Part shown: one piece after another, positions 39,050 through 48,108 of the stretch
Layout of the letters: every line of letters starts with the position of its first letter
Numbering within the stretch: position 1 is the stretch's first letter
Virus record (IMG/VR): IMGVR_UViG_3300025133_000032
Strand: one strand, 5' to 3'
Origin: a virus
DNA length: 64,000 nt
Translations under genes and position numbers: made by a program
The notes under the pieces: model-generated
Told to the model about the DNA's origin: nothing
The model's database searches: none
What the model saw: the letters and a program-made list of their open reading frames with translations, nothing else

Positions 39050-39810
39050 TTACTTTTTCTCCTTACTCATTTCTTTAAGAACCTCTGCGAGCATTTCATG
39101 CTTTTCATCATAAACGTCAAGGTGGTTATCACCCAATACAAACTTTGCCTTAATATTTCGTGTCATTAATTTCTCCTCAAATGAAAATATCATTTGAAAT
39201 AATCCAACACCTCTATGTGTTGTGTGATGCGCACCCGCATCATATTCATAATTTACCAACTTAAATGGTTCTAGAGTGCTGAAGTCTTTTAGGAATTCTG
39301 GCGTCTCTTCGAATCTTCGAATCTTTTTGCGTTATTTGTGTCCATTAGATGAAAGATCGAACAATGATTTTCATCTAACTCTGCCAATCCTGGATACACA
39401 GGCAGATCAAGAAAAACACCAAGCTTAGCAACTTTCCTAAAGTTCTTCAACACAAGCTCTGTATCATGCATATGCTCGATTGCATCGACACAATATATAA
39501 CATCAAAGCTGTCTTCTTCGTAAATGTCTGTCAAGAGATGAGCATCGCCTTGCAATATCAGAGGTGATTTATTAGAAATGTCAAGCCCAGAAGCAACGAA
39601 GCCCCTATCAATAAAGCTCTGGACCTCAGAATCATCTCTACACCCTACGCATAAAACAGATTCAAACTTTGGTAATGACGAAATCATTAAGTCAATCTCT
39701 TTTTCTCGCTTTGGTGCACGCTTTTTTGTCATGGCACGACGCCTAGGAAGACTATGCTTTTTTGCTTGTCCAGCTACCTGTAGATCAGACTCGATTTCGT
39801 ATCTTCTCAT
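39050..39810 (-). pseudogene. Class I SAM methyltransferase split by an 8-bp tandem duplication (track ORFs 39289-39810 and 39050-39259)
   Basis: Motifs VLCVGCR, GLDIS, GDAH and FDVIYC..AIEH. Removing one copy of (CTTCGAAT)2 at ~39307-39322 gives ...KRFEETPEFLKDFSTLEPFKLVNYEY, in frame with 39050-39259. Confidence 0.65.
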
Positions 39811-40439
39811 ATCAGTTCCCTAAAGTCATTTATCAAAATTGCGTTATTATCTCTAAACCATGACGTATTTTCTTCTTGAGAGGCACATTGAACAAAAACA
39901 AAATTATTAACGTGATCAATAGATGATGAATAATCTAGTTTAGAATCGCCGATTGATAACCTTTTAGCGCCCGGAGACTTGTGTTTAATCATAAAAAAAT
40001 GATCAAACTTCGATTTTTCGCCGTCATAAATTGCTTCAAACTCGCCAAGCAGACTATGCTTCTTGAGTAATGCAGCTATCTCAGACTCTTTGCCTCCAGA
40101 CACAATGAATTTCCGCTTTCCTTTTATTTTCTTCAAAAAATTGGCTGCGCCAGGTATAAATTCTGCATTCATAAAACTTTCGCTTATTATACTTTCATAT
40201 TTTTTAATGCATTTTTCTACAAAAGTATATCTACATTCTGGTTCAATGACATCAGCTAATACATCAAATTTTATACGTCGAGTCATTTCATTATATGTAT
40301 TTAACTTCTTCATGTAGCGGCGCAAGTATCTTTGTGGACATACTTCTTTTATAACACACTCAAAAGCGTCATTTTTGATCTTATTTGTGTCAAAAATTGT
40401 ACCATCAAAATCAAAAATGTACAAATCATAATCTAGCAT
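39807..40439 (-). CDS. HAD-superfamily phosphatase
   Basis: IFDFDGT (motif I), IVSG, K and IGDS..D. Confidence 0.9.
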   Translation of the reverse strand: MLDYDLYIFDFDGTIFDTNKIKNDAFECVIKEVCPQRYLRRYMKKLNTYNEMTRRIKFDVLADVIEPECRYTFVEKCIKKYESIISESFMNAEFIPGAANFLKKIKGKRKFIVSGGKESEIAALLKKHSLLGEFEAIYDGEKSKFDHFFMIKHKSPGAKRLSIGDSKLDYSSSIDHVNNFVFVQCASQEENTSWFRDNNAILINDFRELI

Positions 40440-42180
40440 TTAAAATACCTTCGACAATTGGAATGTCTTCTGGATAATCAACAGCATGCGTAAAAACATT
40501 TTCTTCAATAACAACTTTAACTGGTATGCCTAATTCAAGAAAACGTAATATTTCTATATCTTCCTGTGCTTCAAGGCGTGTTTTTGACATAATACTTGCA
40601 TACCGCTCAAGTTGTATATTAGTGAAAGCGTATACACACACTTGTTTCATCGTTAGCAAAGTACCAACGTTATCATTTATTATACCCTTTTTGTTTCCTG
40701 GGATTGGAGAACGTGATGCATAGAGCAATTCATTTTCGTTATTTAAAACCATCTTGGGCATCTTGGGGTCTGAAGGCGTTTGATTGTTTGGATCTAGTTT
40801 AGATGCGCAATTAATTACATGTCCAGGAAATTGTGTCTTAGCAGCCAACACCCTAGTTATCAGCCCAGGTTCTAACAGCGGTTCATCGCCTTGTACACTT
40901 ATGATAGTGCTAGCGTTTATTTTCTTCGCAGCTTCTGCAACCCTATCCGTTCCTGTCATACAATTCTTACTCGTCAAAATCACATTAAATTTTCTTTCTT
41001 CGACATGTTCCCTAATTTCTTCTGAGTCTGTAGCGATATAAACATTTTCTTTGCCCACTGCCTTAGAAACAAGCTCAGCAACCCTGATTATCATTCGCGT
41101 GCCGTTAATCTTAACGAGTGGCTTTCCTGGAAATCTTGTTGACTCAAATCTTGCAGGAATGATAACAGCAACTTCCTTCTTATTATTGCAGTCAATTAAT
41201 TCTTGCAAATATGCTGGATCGAATGATACTTTTCTTTCATCAACCCTGCTTAAAATTTTGCATGACGTAAAATCGTCAAAACCCCGTTGCTTTAACTTCA
41301 TACAATAAAATGGGTGGATGTCATTTAAGCCTGACAGTTGGTATGCTTGGCTCCATCCCCAGTCGTATTTTTGTTTTAGCGACTCAAAATCATGAATCGT
41401 ATGTTCCAAATATGCTATGTCAGTATCAGGTCTTAAACTTTTTACTAGTGGTAGGAATTGCTCTAAACGTAAATTTCCTACGCCGCGCCCCATCCCTGCA
41501 ATCGTGCCATCTATATATCTGATATTAGGTGTACTCAAAGACTGTATCGCTGTTGCCAATGATGTGCCTAAATTATCATGTAAGTGCAAACCCATGGGAC
41601 TATACTTACCAAAATCATTCATAATCTCTGTTAAACCGGCTGTGCTTAATGACCCATATGAGTCAGCTAGATATAGTACGTCAGCATAACTTCGACATGA
41701 AAATGCGTCTTGAACAACACGTAACTCCTTACTAGTCAACTGTGATATACACATCACATTTAATGCAACGTTATACCCTTTTCTCTTTAGTAAAAAGCAA
41801 ACTTTAGCAGCCGTCTCGATGTCCTTATATCTTGTGGCTACCCTACACCAACTGAATATTGAGCATTTTTCGTCGGGTACAAGAGCATCAATTTGTGTTA
41901 TTTCATGATAAGAAGAGAAATCTTTTAAATCAATCATGAAGCAATACTTTGAGTGTTCAAGTTTCGGTAGATAAGCTAAATCTTTTTCTTCGCACCTTCT
42001 AAAGATACCGCCTTCTAATCTTGACTTATATCCAAGTTCTATAATATCTACTTTTGCTTCGTCAAGTGACGTTACTAGCCGCTCTGTTATATCTCTATCG
42101 AAATTCCAACCAGTGTAGTATCCACCATCTCTCAATGTGCAATCTAAAATTTTTAATCCGAGTTGTGCTAATCGTCCCAT
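40426..42180 (-). CDS. Fusion: DRE-TIM pyruvate aldolase (4-hydroxy-2-oxovalerate aldolase-like) + CMP-Kdo synthetase (KdsB-like)
   Basis: Aldolase half: LDCTLRDGGY, ADSYG, GLHLHDNLG, GMGRGVGN. KdsB half: IIPARFESTRFPGKPL, GTDRVAEA, QGDEPL, LE..E..E.LRFLE.G, AVD.PED. Confidence 0.9.
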   Translation of the reverse strand: MGRLAQLGLKILDCTLRDGGYYTGWNFDRDITERLVTSLDEAKVDIIELGYKSRLEGGIFRRCEEKDLAYLPKLEHSKYCFMIDLKDFSSYHEITQIDALVPDEKCSIFSWCRVATRYKDIETAAKVCFLLKRKGYNVALNVMCISQLTSKELRVVQDAFSCRSYADVLYLADSYGSLSTAGLTEIMNDFGKYSPMGLHLHDNLGTSLATAIQSLSTPNIRYIDGTIAGMGRGVGNLRLEQFLPLVKSLRPDTDIAYLEHTIHDFESLKQKYDWGWSQAYQLSGLNDIHPFYCMKLKQRGFDDFTSCKILSRVDERKVSFDPAYLQELIDCNNKKEVAVIIPARFESTRFPGKPLVKINGTRMIIRVAELVSKAVGKENVYIATDSEEIREHVEERKFNVILTSKNCMTGTDRVAEAAKKINASTIISVQGDEPLLEPGLITRVLAAKTQFPGHVINCASKLDPNNQTPSDPKMPKMVLNNENELLYASRSPIPGNKKGIINDNVGTLLTMKQVCVYAFTNIQLERYASIMSKTRLEAQEDIEILRFLELGIPVKVVIEENVFTHAVDYPEDIPIVEGILNARL

Positions 42181-42959
42181 GACGTCTCCTTAGGATCAAA
42201 TAGTGGCTTCTTTAGCTCAATAAAGAAATTCGAAAACCTTCTTGATACCTTTGTAGGCTCTCTAGGAGTTAAGCCATGAATACTCCGTAATGTATTTAGA
42301 CCTAAGACAAGAGTGTTTTTTTCGTATTTAACAGTATCAACAAGCTCTATATATTTTGCATCTATGTGCCTGCCATTTCTCTCAAATTTAAAACTCTTCT
42401 TATTTTTTAGCTTATAAATTTCTAAATCGCCACCAGGTGTGGTATCTTCGGGAGGCCTTAGATATAGCAACCCGAAAATCAATTTATTAGGTTGATCTAA
42501 ATGAGGGCCTCTTTGTACTGAAGAGGTTTTTAATACGGGACTGTTAATATCTGCAGCTACGTTGATCCCACCATCATGCTGTGTATTAGCGCCCCAAATG
42601 CCTGTTTTGAATGCATTGTTTAAAATGTACTTCTTGTAGAATGCTGGGTATTCCACTTTTAATGCATCACCAAAAATGTCAACAAAGTCTTCAAAAAAAT
42701 CTTTGCCCGTGTTTGCTTGAACGTACTTCTTCCAGTGTTCATTAATCTGGGAATCATTCAATATATCAAATGATGAATAATTGAAACGCTGATTGCTACC
42801 CAAGTTTGCGCTCTTTGCGATAGTGTGATCTGCGGGAAACTCGTCAACTAGCTTGTCACATTCTGCGGATGGCAATGCATTTTTAATAACAACATGGGGA
42901 TACGGATCCAGCCTCAGATCGTCCTTTGTCACATTCTGTAATAATTTATATGACATCAC
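42168..42959 (-). CDS. 2OG-Fe(II) dioxygenase
   Basis: DPYPHVVI, GPHLD (HxD), GGDLEIY and SIHG.....R. Confidence 0.85.
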   Translation of the reverse strand: MMSYKLLQNVTKDDLRLDPYPHVVIKNALPSAECDKLVDEFPADHTIAKSANLGSNQRFNYSSFDILNDSQINEHWKKYVQANTGKDFFEDFVDIFGDALKVEYPAFYKKYILNNAFKTGIWGANTQHDGGINVAADINSPVLKTSSVQRGPHLDQPNKLIFGLLYLRPPEDTTPGGDLEIYKLKNKKSFKFERNGRHIDAKYIELVDTVKYEKNTLVLGLNTLRSIHGLTPREPTKVSRRFSNFFIELKKPLFDPKETSWDD

Positions 42960-43635
42960 TCTTGCCGTCTGTTATTTCGAAAGGGTATAACAATTTTAAT
43001 GTGCCTTCATTATATAGCTTATTAGCATGCTCTTTTTCAAGTGCACCCTTATGATGATCACCTCTGACAACATTCTTATTGTCAGCTAATGCTTGCTTGA
43101 ATATCTCACGCTCTTCTTCGTCCTTTGCCCAATTACCCTTTATAAAAAATTTCTTGTAATATTCTTTCAGCGCTACATCTTCATAATAATGTTTATAAAA
43201 TCCATCATCTGTATCTGTAAAAAATGTAAAACCAAAAGCAGTAACATCTTTATAGTAGTGCAGCGCATGAGCAATGGCTCTAAAACCTATAGATGGGTTG
43301 GGTTCATTCATAGTTGCAAATCTTTCGTCCCATTGATCTGGATCAAGCATCCTGATTACTGATTTGGGCTGGTGCATTTTTGCAGCAAGTTTATGTGCTG
43401 GCTGATTTTTGTGCCATACCTCTTTATACACCCGACAATCACGGCGTTTTGTGCTGCGTGATGTATTAATTGCCCAAATGTCAGTTTTGCTTCCAACGTA
43501 TTGCTCAAATCCTGATGTGGTGTAATTGTTACATCGGACAACTAAATCAAAAGCGTCAACAAGTGAACCAAGCTTGACGTCTTTTACAGTTGGTGCACCG
43601 CCAATAATTACTACTTTAGTTTTTTCGTCAATCAT
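42946..43635 (-). CDS. GT29-family sialyltransferase-like protein
   Basis: Sialylmotif L (VIIGG...G..VD.FD.VVRCN...GFEQYVGSKT), motif S (PSIG...V..FGF), motif III (HYYE) and motif VS (HxxxxE: HKGALE). Confidence 0.85.
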   Translation of the reverse strand: MIDEKTKVVIIGGAPTVKDVKLGSLVDAFDLVVRCNNYTTSGFEQYVGSKTDIWAINTSRSTKRRDCRVYKEVWHKNQPAHKLAAKMHQPKSVIRMLDPDQWDERFATMNEPNPSIGFRAIAHALHYYKDVTAFGFTFFTDTDDGFYKHYYEDVALKEYYKKFFIKGNWAKDEEEREIFKQALADNKNVVRGDHHKGALEKEHANKLYNEGTLKLLYPFEITDGKSDVI

Positions 43636-44282
43636 GCCCTTTGTAATCTCTCATCGTATATAGCGACGTTTGCTATATCATTTGTCCTATTATCATTATG
43701 TTTTCTGTATCTGTAAAAAGGCATCGGCATATAATAGATGTTATGCCTTTTTACATATCTTTTTAATAACTCATGACCTTCTCTCATCTTGTATGTCTTG
43801 TCATAAAACCCAACATCACATAACGATTCATACGTAAACATTATGCCACAGGCTATAGGATCATCCTCAGAATGCTTACGAGCCAAAGTTTTCCCCAAAT
43901 TATCTACTTCGTTATAATCACATGCAACAGCTTGATAGTCTCTATTCATATCTAAAAATAATGAAAGGACATATAGTGTATGTTTAGAAATATAATCATC
44001 AGCATCAACTCGAAAAAAATATCTACCACGAGAATTTTCTAAAGCTACATTTAATGATGCTGGGAGCCCTATATTTACATCATTATTGAAAAGCCTAATG
44101 TTCATAATATCAGACCATGATTTTATGATTGCAGTTAAATCATCATCAGGATCATCATTTACTACTATTATTTCGAATTTGCCGCTTCCAATTGTTTGAT
44201 CTGCCAAACTGCGGAGGCATCTGTGGATCCATTTTTTTTGCTTAAAATTACAAATCGCGATTGTTATATTAAAAGCATTCAT
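43632..44282 (-). CDS. Glycosyltransferase, GT2 family
   Basis: IIVVND, NIGLPASLN and RVDADD (DxD). Confidence 0.9.
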   Translation of the reverse strand: MNAFNITIAICNFKQKKWIHRCLRSLADQTIGSGKFEIIVVNDDPDDDLTAIIKSWSDIMNIRLFNNDVNIGLPASLNVALENSRGRYFFRVDADDYISKHTLYVLSLFLDMNRDYQAVACDYNEVDNLGKTLARKHSEDDPIACGIMFTYESLCDVGFYDKTYKMREGHELLKRYVKRHNIYYMPMPFYRYRKHNDNRTNDIANVAIYDERLQRA

Positions 44283-45199
44283 TACATTAGGCTTAATATG
44301 CCCTCGAGCGCTATTTTTTGGCTATCAACGGTGGCACCTGCGACATGAGGTGTAATATGAAGTTCCATAGAGGGATCATTAGCAAGTTTGAAAATTCTTG
44401 TTTTGCCTAGCAATGCAGCATTCTGTTCGTTTCTAACAACATCACATGAGTAAATTATCTTTTTAGCCTCGACTAAATCGCATATGTAATCTTCATCAAT
44501 AACTTCACCACGTGAAGTATTCACTATGACCAGCCCATCTTTAAAGTTTTCGAATGTTCCACGAGAAATGAGATTCGTTGAAGACTCATTTAATGAACAG
44601 TTGATAGAAATAATATCACATGTCGCCAAGTCGGCAATTGAGTACTCTTTTGTGGCATTGTGACGTTGTCTGTATATATGCGGATCATAAAACTTTACGC
44701 GCATACCAAAAGCTAATGCATATCTTGCGATATTTTGCCCGATACGACCAAAGCCTATAATCCCAATCGTCGCACCTGATAGCTGTCTGCTTCTTAGTTT
44801 GCTTTCATTTGCAGTCTCGCGCCAAGAAGCAGTTCCAGCTAAAGCTGCAAGAAACATTCTATAAGCGCTCATAATATGTAACCATGTAAACTCTGAAGAT
44901 GCTGTTATTTTTGTGAGCTCATCCCTATTATCAAGTAAGCTACTAAATTTTACCCGCTTTTTTGCTAACAAATCAGTGTCGACGTGGTTTTTGCCCGTCG
45001 AAGGTGTTCCTACATGGACTAGCGTGGGATAATCGCTAAAGTAATCTTCGCCCAAAAATCTATCAGTCCCTGGATTAACGACAAGATAGTTTGGGCTAGA
45101 GTTATCTATCATAAACCCATGAGAGTTTAGATACAAATTTAAATCTTCTTCCAACCAATCAATTGGGCAATCTAGCTTAATTCTTTTATAATTTTTCAT
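44282..45199 (-). CDS. D-isomer-specific 2-hydroxyacid dehydrogenase (SerA-like)
   Basis: GIIGFGRIG, VNTSRGEVIDE and ITPHVAG. Confidence 0.9.
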   Translation of the reverse strand: MKNYKRIKLDCPIDWLEEDLNLYLNSHGFMIDNSSPNYLVVNPGTDRFLGEDYFSDYPTLVHVGTPSTGKNHVDTDLLAKKRVKFSSLLDNRDELTKITASSEFTWLHIMSAYRMFLAALAGTASWRETANESKLRSRQLSGATIGIIGFGRIGQNIARYALAFGMRVKFYDPHIYRQRHNATKEYSIADLATCDIISINCSLNESSTNLISRGTFENFKDGLVIVNTSRGEVIDEDYICDLVEAKKIIYSCDVVRNEQNAALLGKTRIFKLANDPSMELHITPHVAGATVDSQKIALEGILSLM

Positions 45200-45917
45200 T
45201 TAATAGTAGTTCCGCAATCTTCATGTCAAGTTTAGTATCGATGTTTACTGATTCCATTTCTGGCATAATGTACGCTAAACACCTTTTGCCATGCCTAGAA
45301 AATTCATTGATGATCGTATCTCTTGTCATAGAATAAATAGCACCATTTCTAATGTAACATGGCTCTAAGTCTTGCCTTCTAGAACCCTCACCTTCAGGAA
45401 ATTCTTTGCAAAAATCCGTAAATGTTCCATCATCCAGTATTCTTTTCATTCTGCGTGGATGCTTATCTTGCATCATTGTTACTGATGTCACGCCAGTAAT
45501 GTCAGGAGAAGAGAATAGAAGTTCCGCAGCTTCATTAATATGCTTTTTATTTCTTAGTGGTGCGACGCATGGCAGCTCGAACACGTAGTCGTATGTATCG
45601 CAATTAGTGAGCAATGTTTTTTCTGCCTCAAGAACAGCATGCTTTAATGCATCTCGTGACCAAACATTATCGCCAGCCAATTCTTTTGGTCTGTCGATGA
45701 TTTTAACCTCTTGTGTCGATGTCTTAACAGCTAATGCAATATTTTCATCGTCTGTACTGACTACAATGTCAGAAAAAATGCCGGAGTCTAGTGCGGCCTC
45801 TAGCGTCCATTGGATCAAATATTTTCCCGCGATAGGGTATATATTTTTGTAAGGGATTCCTTTAGAACCGCCCCTAGCTAATACGACACATAGTACTTTT
45901 TTATCTTTTGATTGCAT
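45186..45917 (-). CDS. neuA: Acylneuraminate (CMP-nonulosonate) cytidylyltransferase; likely start MQSK at 45917
   Basis: ARGGSKGIPYKNI, VSTDD, DRP.ELA.D, RRQD, NGAIY and SVNIDT..D. Confidence 0.9.
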   Translation of the reverse strand: MQSKDKKVLCVVLARGGSKGIPYKNIYPIAGKYLIQWTLEAALDSGIFSDIVVSTDDENIALAVKTSTQEVKIIDRPKELAGDNVWSRDALKHAVLEAEKTLLTNCDTYDYVFELPCVAPLRNKKHINEAAELLFSSPDITGVTSVTMMQDKHPRRMKRILDDGTFTDFCKEFPEGEGSRRQDLEPCYIRNGAIYSMTRDTIINEFSRHGKRCLAYIMPEMESVNIDTKLDMKIAELLLNEKL

Positions 45918-46614
45918 TTCTTGCTCTCTGTATTTCGTTGCCATAAGTTCTTAAACCTTTTAATTCATCTGGTGTCATAGAACCTAGATGATCACGACCA
46001 CTCATTGTTTTATTTAGTGTAAAGTGCTTCTCTATAACATCAGCACCTTGTGCAATATGATAAAGCGGCGCACCCAAACCAAAAGAGTGATCACTTAAGC
46101 CGATAACATTGCCGACGTAATCCCTAAGGGGTGCTTGATCAATAAACGTCGTAGGGTATTTAGAGATGCAGTTTAAGAACTTTGTATATCCAGATAATTT
46201 AAAAGGTAAAGCTTCATTATCATGCATCCCTAGAGAAACATAGACATCTTTTTCCAATTTTTTTGCTAAACTCGTTACTAATGATGCAAGAGCAGGGTCA
46301 TGCTTGACTGTCCTGCTGGCGACCTTATACGCATCGATATCAAGTAAACCGCACCACCCTAATCGGATCTTATCAAATGCAGATATCATCAATTTAATAT
46401 CATAGTGCTCACAAAACTTCTTTATTTTTTCTAGTTGTCCAAAAGTTAATTCATTATGAGCCCTTGAACTGTCACCAAATAAGCTTTGCGATGAGTATAG
46501 TTGAAACTTTGCAAAATCTGCACCTGATAGTGAAGCTTGGCGAATGAGTTCGGGAATAAGGTCAAAATTTCCATTCCAATTAATCCCTATTTCTGCTATA
46601 ATCTTAATTGACAT
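45901..46614 (-). CDS. neuB: N-acetylneuraminate/nonulosonate synthase lacking the C-terminal SAF domain
   Basis: IIAEIGIN.NG, KFQ, YKVAS, C.S.YP, GLSDHS and IEKHFTL...G.DH; only 237 aa. Confidence 0.9.
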   Translation of the reverse strand: MSIKIIAEIGINWNGNFDLIPELIRQASLSGADFAKFQLYSSQSLFGDSSRAHNELTFGQLEKIKKFCEHYDIKLMISAFDKIRLGWCGLLDIDAYKVASRTVKHDPALASLVTSLAKKLEKDVYVSLGMHDNEALPFKLSGYTKFLNCISKYPTTFIDQAPLRDYVGNVIGLSDHSFGLGAPLYHIAQGADVIEKHFTLNKTMSGRDHLGSMTPDELKGLRTYGNEIQRARNAIKR

Positions 46615-46637
46615 TAATTTAATTTACCCCTTATTGC

Positions 46638-47711
46638 TTAGATGTTTAAAAAAGACGTAACAATATTATCTACTGCATTTTCTTTCAAAATATAGTCTGA
46701 CATGCCACTATAATCAATTCGTGGACATGGACCGAGCATTTTGTCGATAGAATCTATGTGTATATTAACAAGATCATCAGGATATACCACATATTCTGGA
46801 AGATAACTTACTCCTTTGTGGTAAGACTTGCCCACCATATTCATAGCGTAACAAGGAACACCCGTAAAATAAGTTTCCCAAGAAATATGGCTTCCAGACA
46901 TATTGAAAATTTTCTCACATTTTGACATCACTTCAAAGTGATTTTGGCTGTCGACTATCGAAAATGTAGGAAACATACTCTTCAGCATTTCATATTGCGG
47001 TTTATTACCGATAGGTCTTCTATAAACGCCAGTATACTTTCTCTCACTTTCATAAAAAAGATAGTCATGGGGATATGTTTTAACGTATACTTTTATATTT
47101 TTCTCATGACTCAACTGCGTGAGCACATGCATATTTTGCTTAAACTGCTCTTGATGGCTTTTTGGATTTGACGGAACGACTAAGATAGAACCCTTCTCTG
47201 TTTTTGTGTTACATCCTAAGTATGGATCATAGTGGGGAGAACCAGTGACGAAAATATTATTTTCATTATAACCCATTCTAACAAGCCAATTTTTCCATAT
47301 GTTACCCTTTACAAAAAAATGCGTAGCAAAGTGTGTAGCGTTTGTTAGAATATCTGCACCGCCAATATCCCAGGCACATAAGTTACATTGCACAGCATCA
47401 CGGAGACCTTTCGGAAACCTTATCTTCGGTGCTATATGAGAAGAACACAAAATCGATTCGTAATTTGCAGACTTTTTTACAAAATCTGACCAATCTTTTA
47501 ATAGAATAGGCCTTCTACTAGTGAACTCCGCAATATCAAAATGGAACTTTTCATTTCCAGTAAACTTTTTATTTAGTCTAATATCATCCTTGAACATCAA
47601 TAAATCACACGATGTTACTTTACTTAGCTTGTCATAAAGGCGCAGGCCATCATACGGAACTGTACTCCAAAAGAAGTCACTAATTAAAACAGCATTCTTT
47701 TTTATAAACAT
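46638..47711 (-). CDS. GT-B-fold protein (possible ulosonate transferase or NeuC/TagF-like)
   Basis: NIFVTGSPHYD, VYVKTYPHD (K.HP-like) and SHISWETYF.GVP; adjacent to neuB. Confidence 0.55.
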   Translation of the reverse strand: MFIKKNAVLISDFFWSTVPYDGLRLYDKLSKVTSCDLLMFKDDIRLNKKFTGNEKFHFDIAEFTSRRPILLKDWSDFVKKSANYESILCSSHIAPKIRFPKGLRDAVQCNLCAWDIGGADILTNATHFATHFFVKGNIWKNWLVRMGYNENNIFVTGSPHYDPYLGCNTKTEKGSILVVPSNPKSHQEQFKQNMHVLTQLSHEKNIKVYVKTYPHDYLFYESERKYTGVYRRPIGNKPQYEMLKSMFPTFSIVDSQNHFEVMSKCEKIFNMSGSHISWETYFTGVPCYAMNMVGKSYHKGVSYLPEYVVYPDDLVNIHIDSIDKMLGPCPRIDYSGMSDYILKENAVDNIVTSFLNI

Positions 47712-47902
47712 GTGACGCGCCCTAGGACAATATCACGTTGTGTATTTACGCGCTTGCGCCTTAATGAATATACACGCGTACAATTATACTCCTTTATTGG
47801 GTCACCAGCGCTTATCTTAATGTCATATAGGTAAATGACATATCCCAGCCAGTGATAATTAATAATTGTACACAAATCTCCGAATTTTAATATATTGCTC
47901 AT
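47702..47902 (-). CDS. Small SH3/KOW-like hypothetical protein
   Basis: LKFGDLC...LGYVI; ATGA-coupled. Confidence 0.5.
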   Translation of the reverse strand: MSNILKFGDLCTIINYHWLGYVIYLYDIKISAGDPIKEYNCTRVYSLRRKRVNTQRDIVLGRVTCL

Positions 47903-48108
47903 AAAGTTGCCACGACTGTTAAATCACCAGAGAAATAAGTCATCATAGAACTCGTTTCTATATCAAACAATGTAACATAGCATTCATTGAATCCGACGGT
48001 CACCAGGCGGGGGTTTATAGCGGATACGACGATGCCATAGCGACCTACACGGCTGTGCACTCTGTGAAAACACAATACGCCTGCTACAAAATCTGTGGCT
48101 TTATTCAT
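47899..48108 (-). CDS. Small SH3/KOW-like hypothetical protein (paralog family)
   Basis: YGIVV...NECYVTLFDIET...VVATL. Confidence 0.55.
   Translation of the reverse strand: MNKATDFVAGVLCFHRVHSRVGRYGIVVSAINPRLVTVGFNECYVTLFDIETSSMMTYFSGDLTVVATL

Noticed and set aside
42168-44282. TET/JBP plus GT DNA hypermodification cassette
   Set aside because: The oxygenase lacks recognisable TET/JBP features, and no DNA methylase or thymidylate-synthase homologue is adjacent. Not fully excluded without nucleoside analysis.
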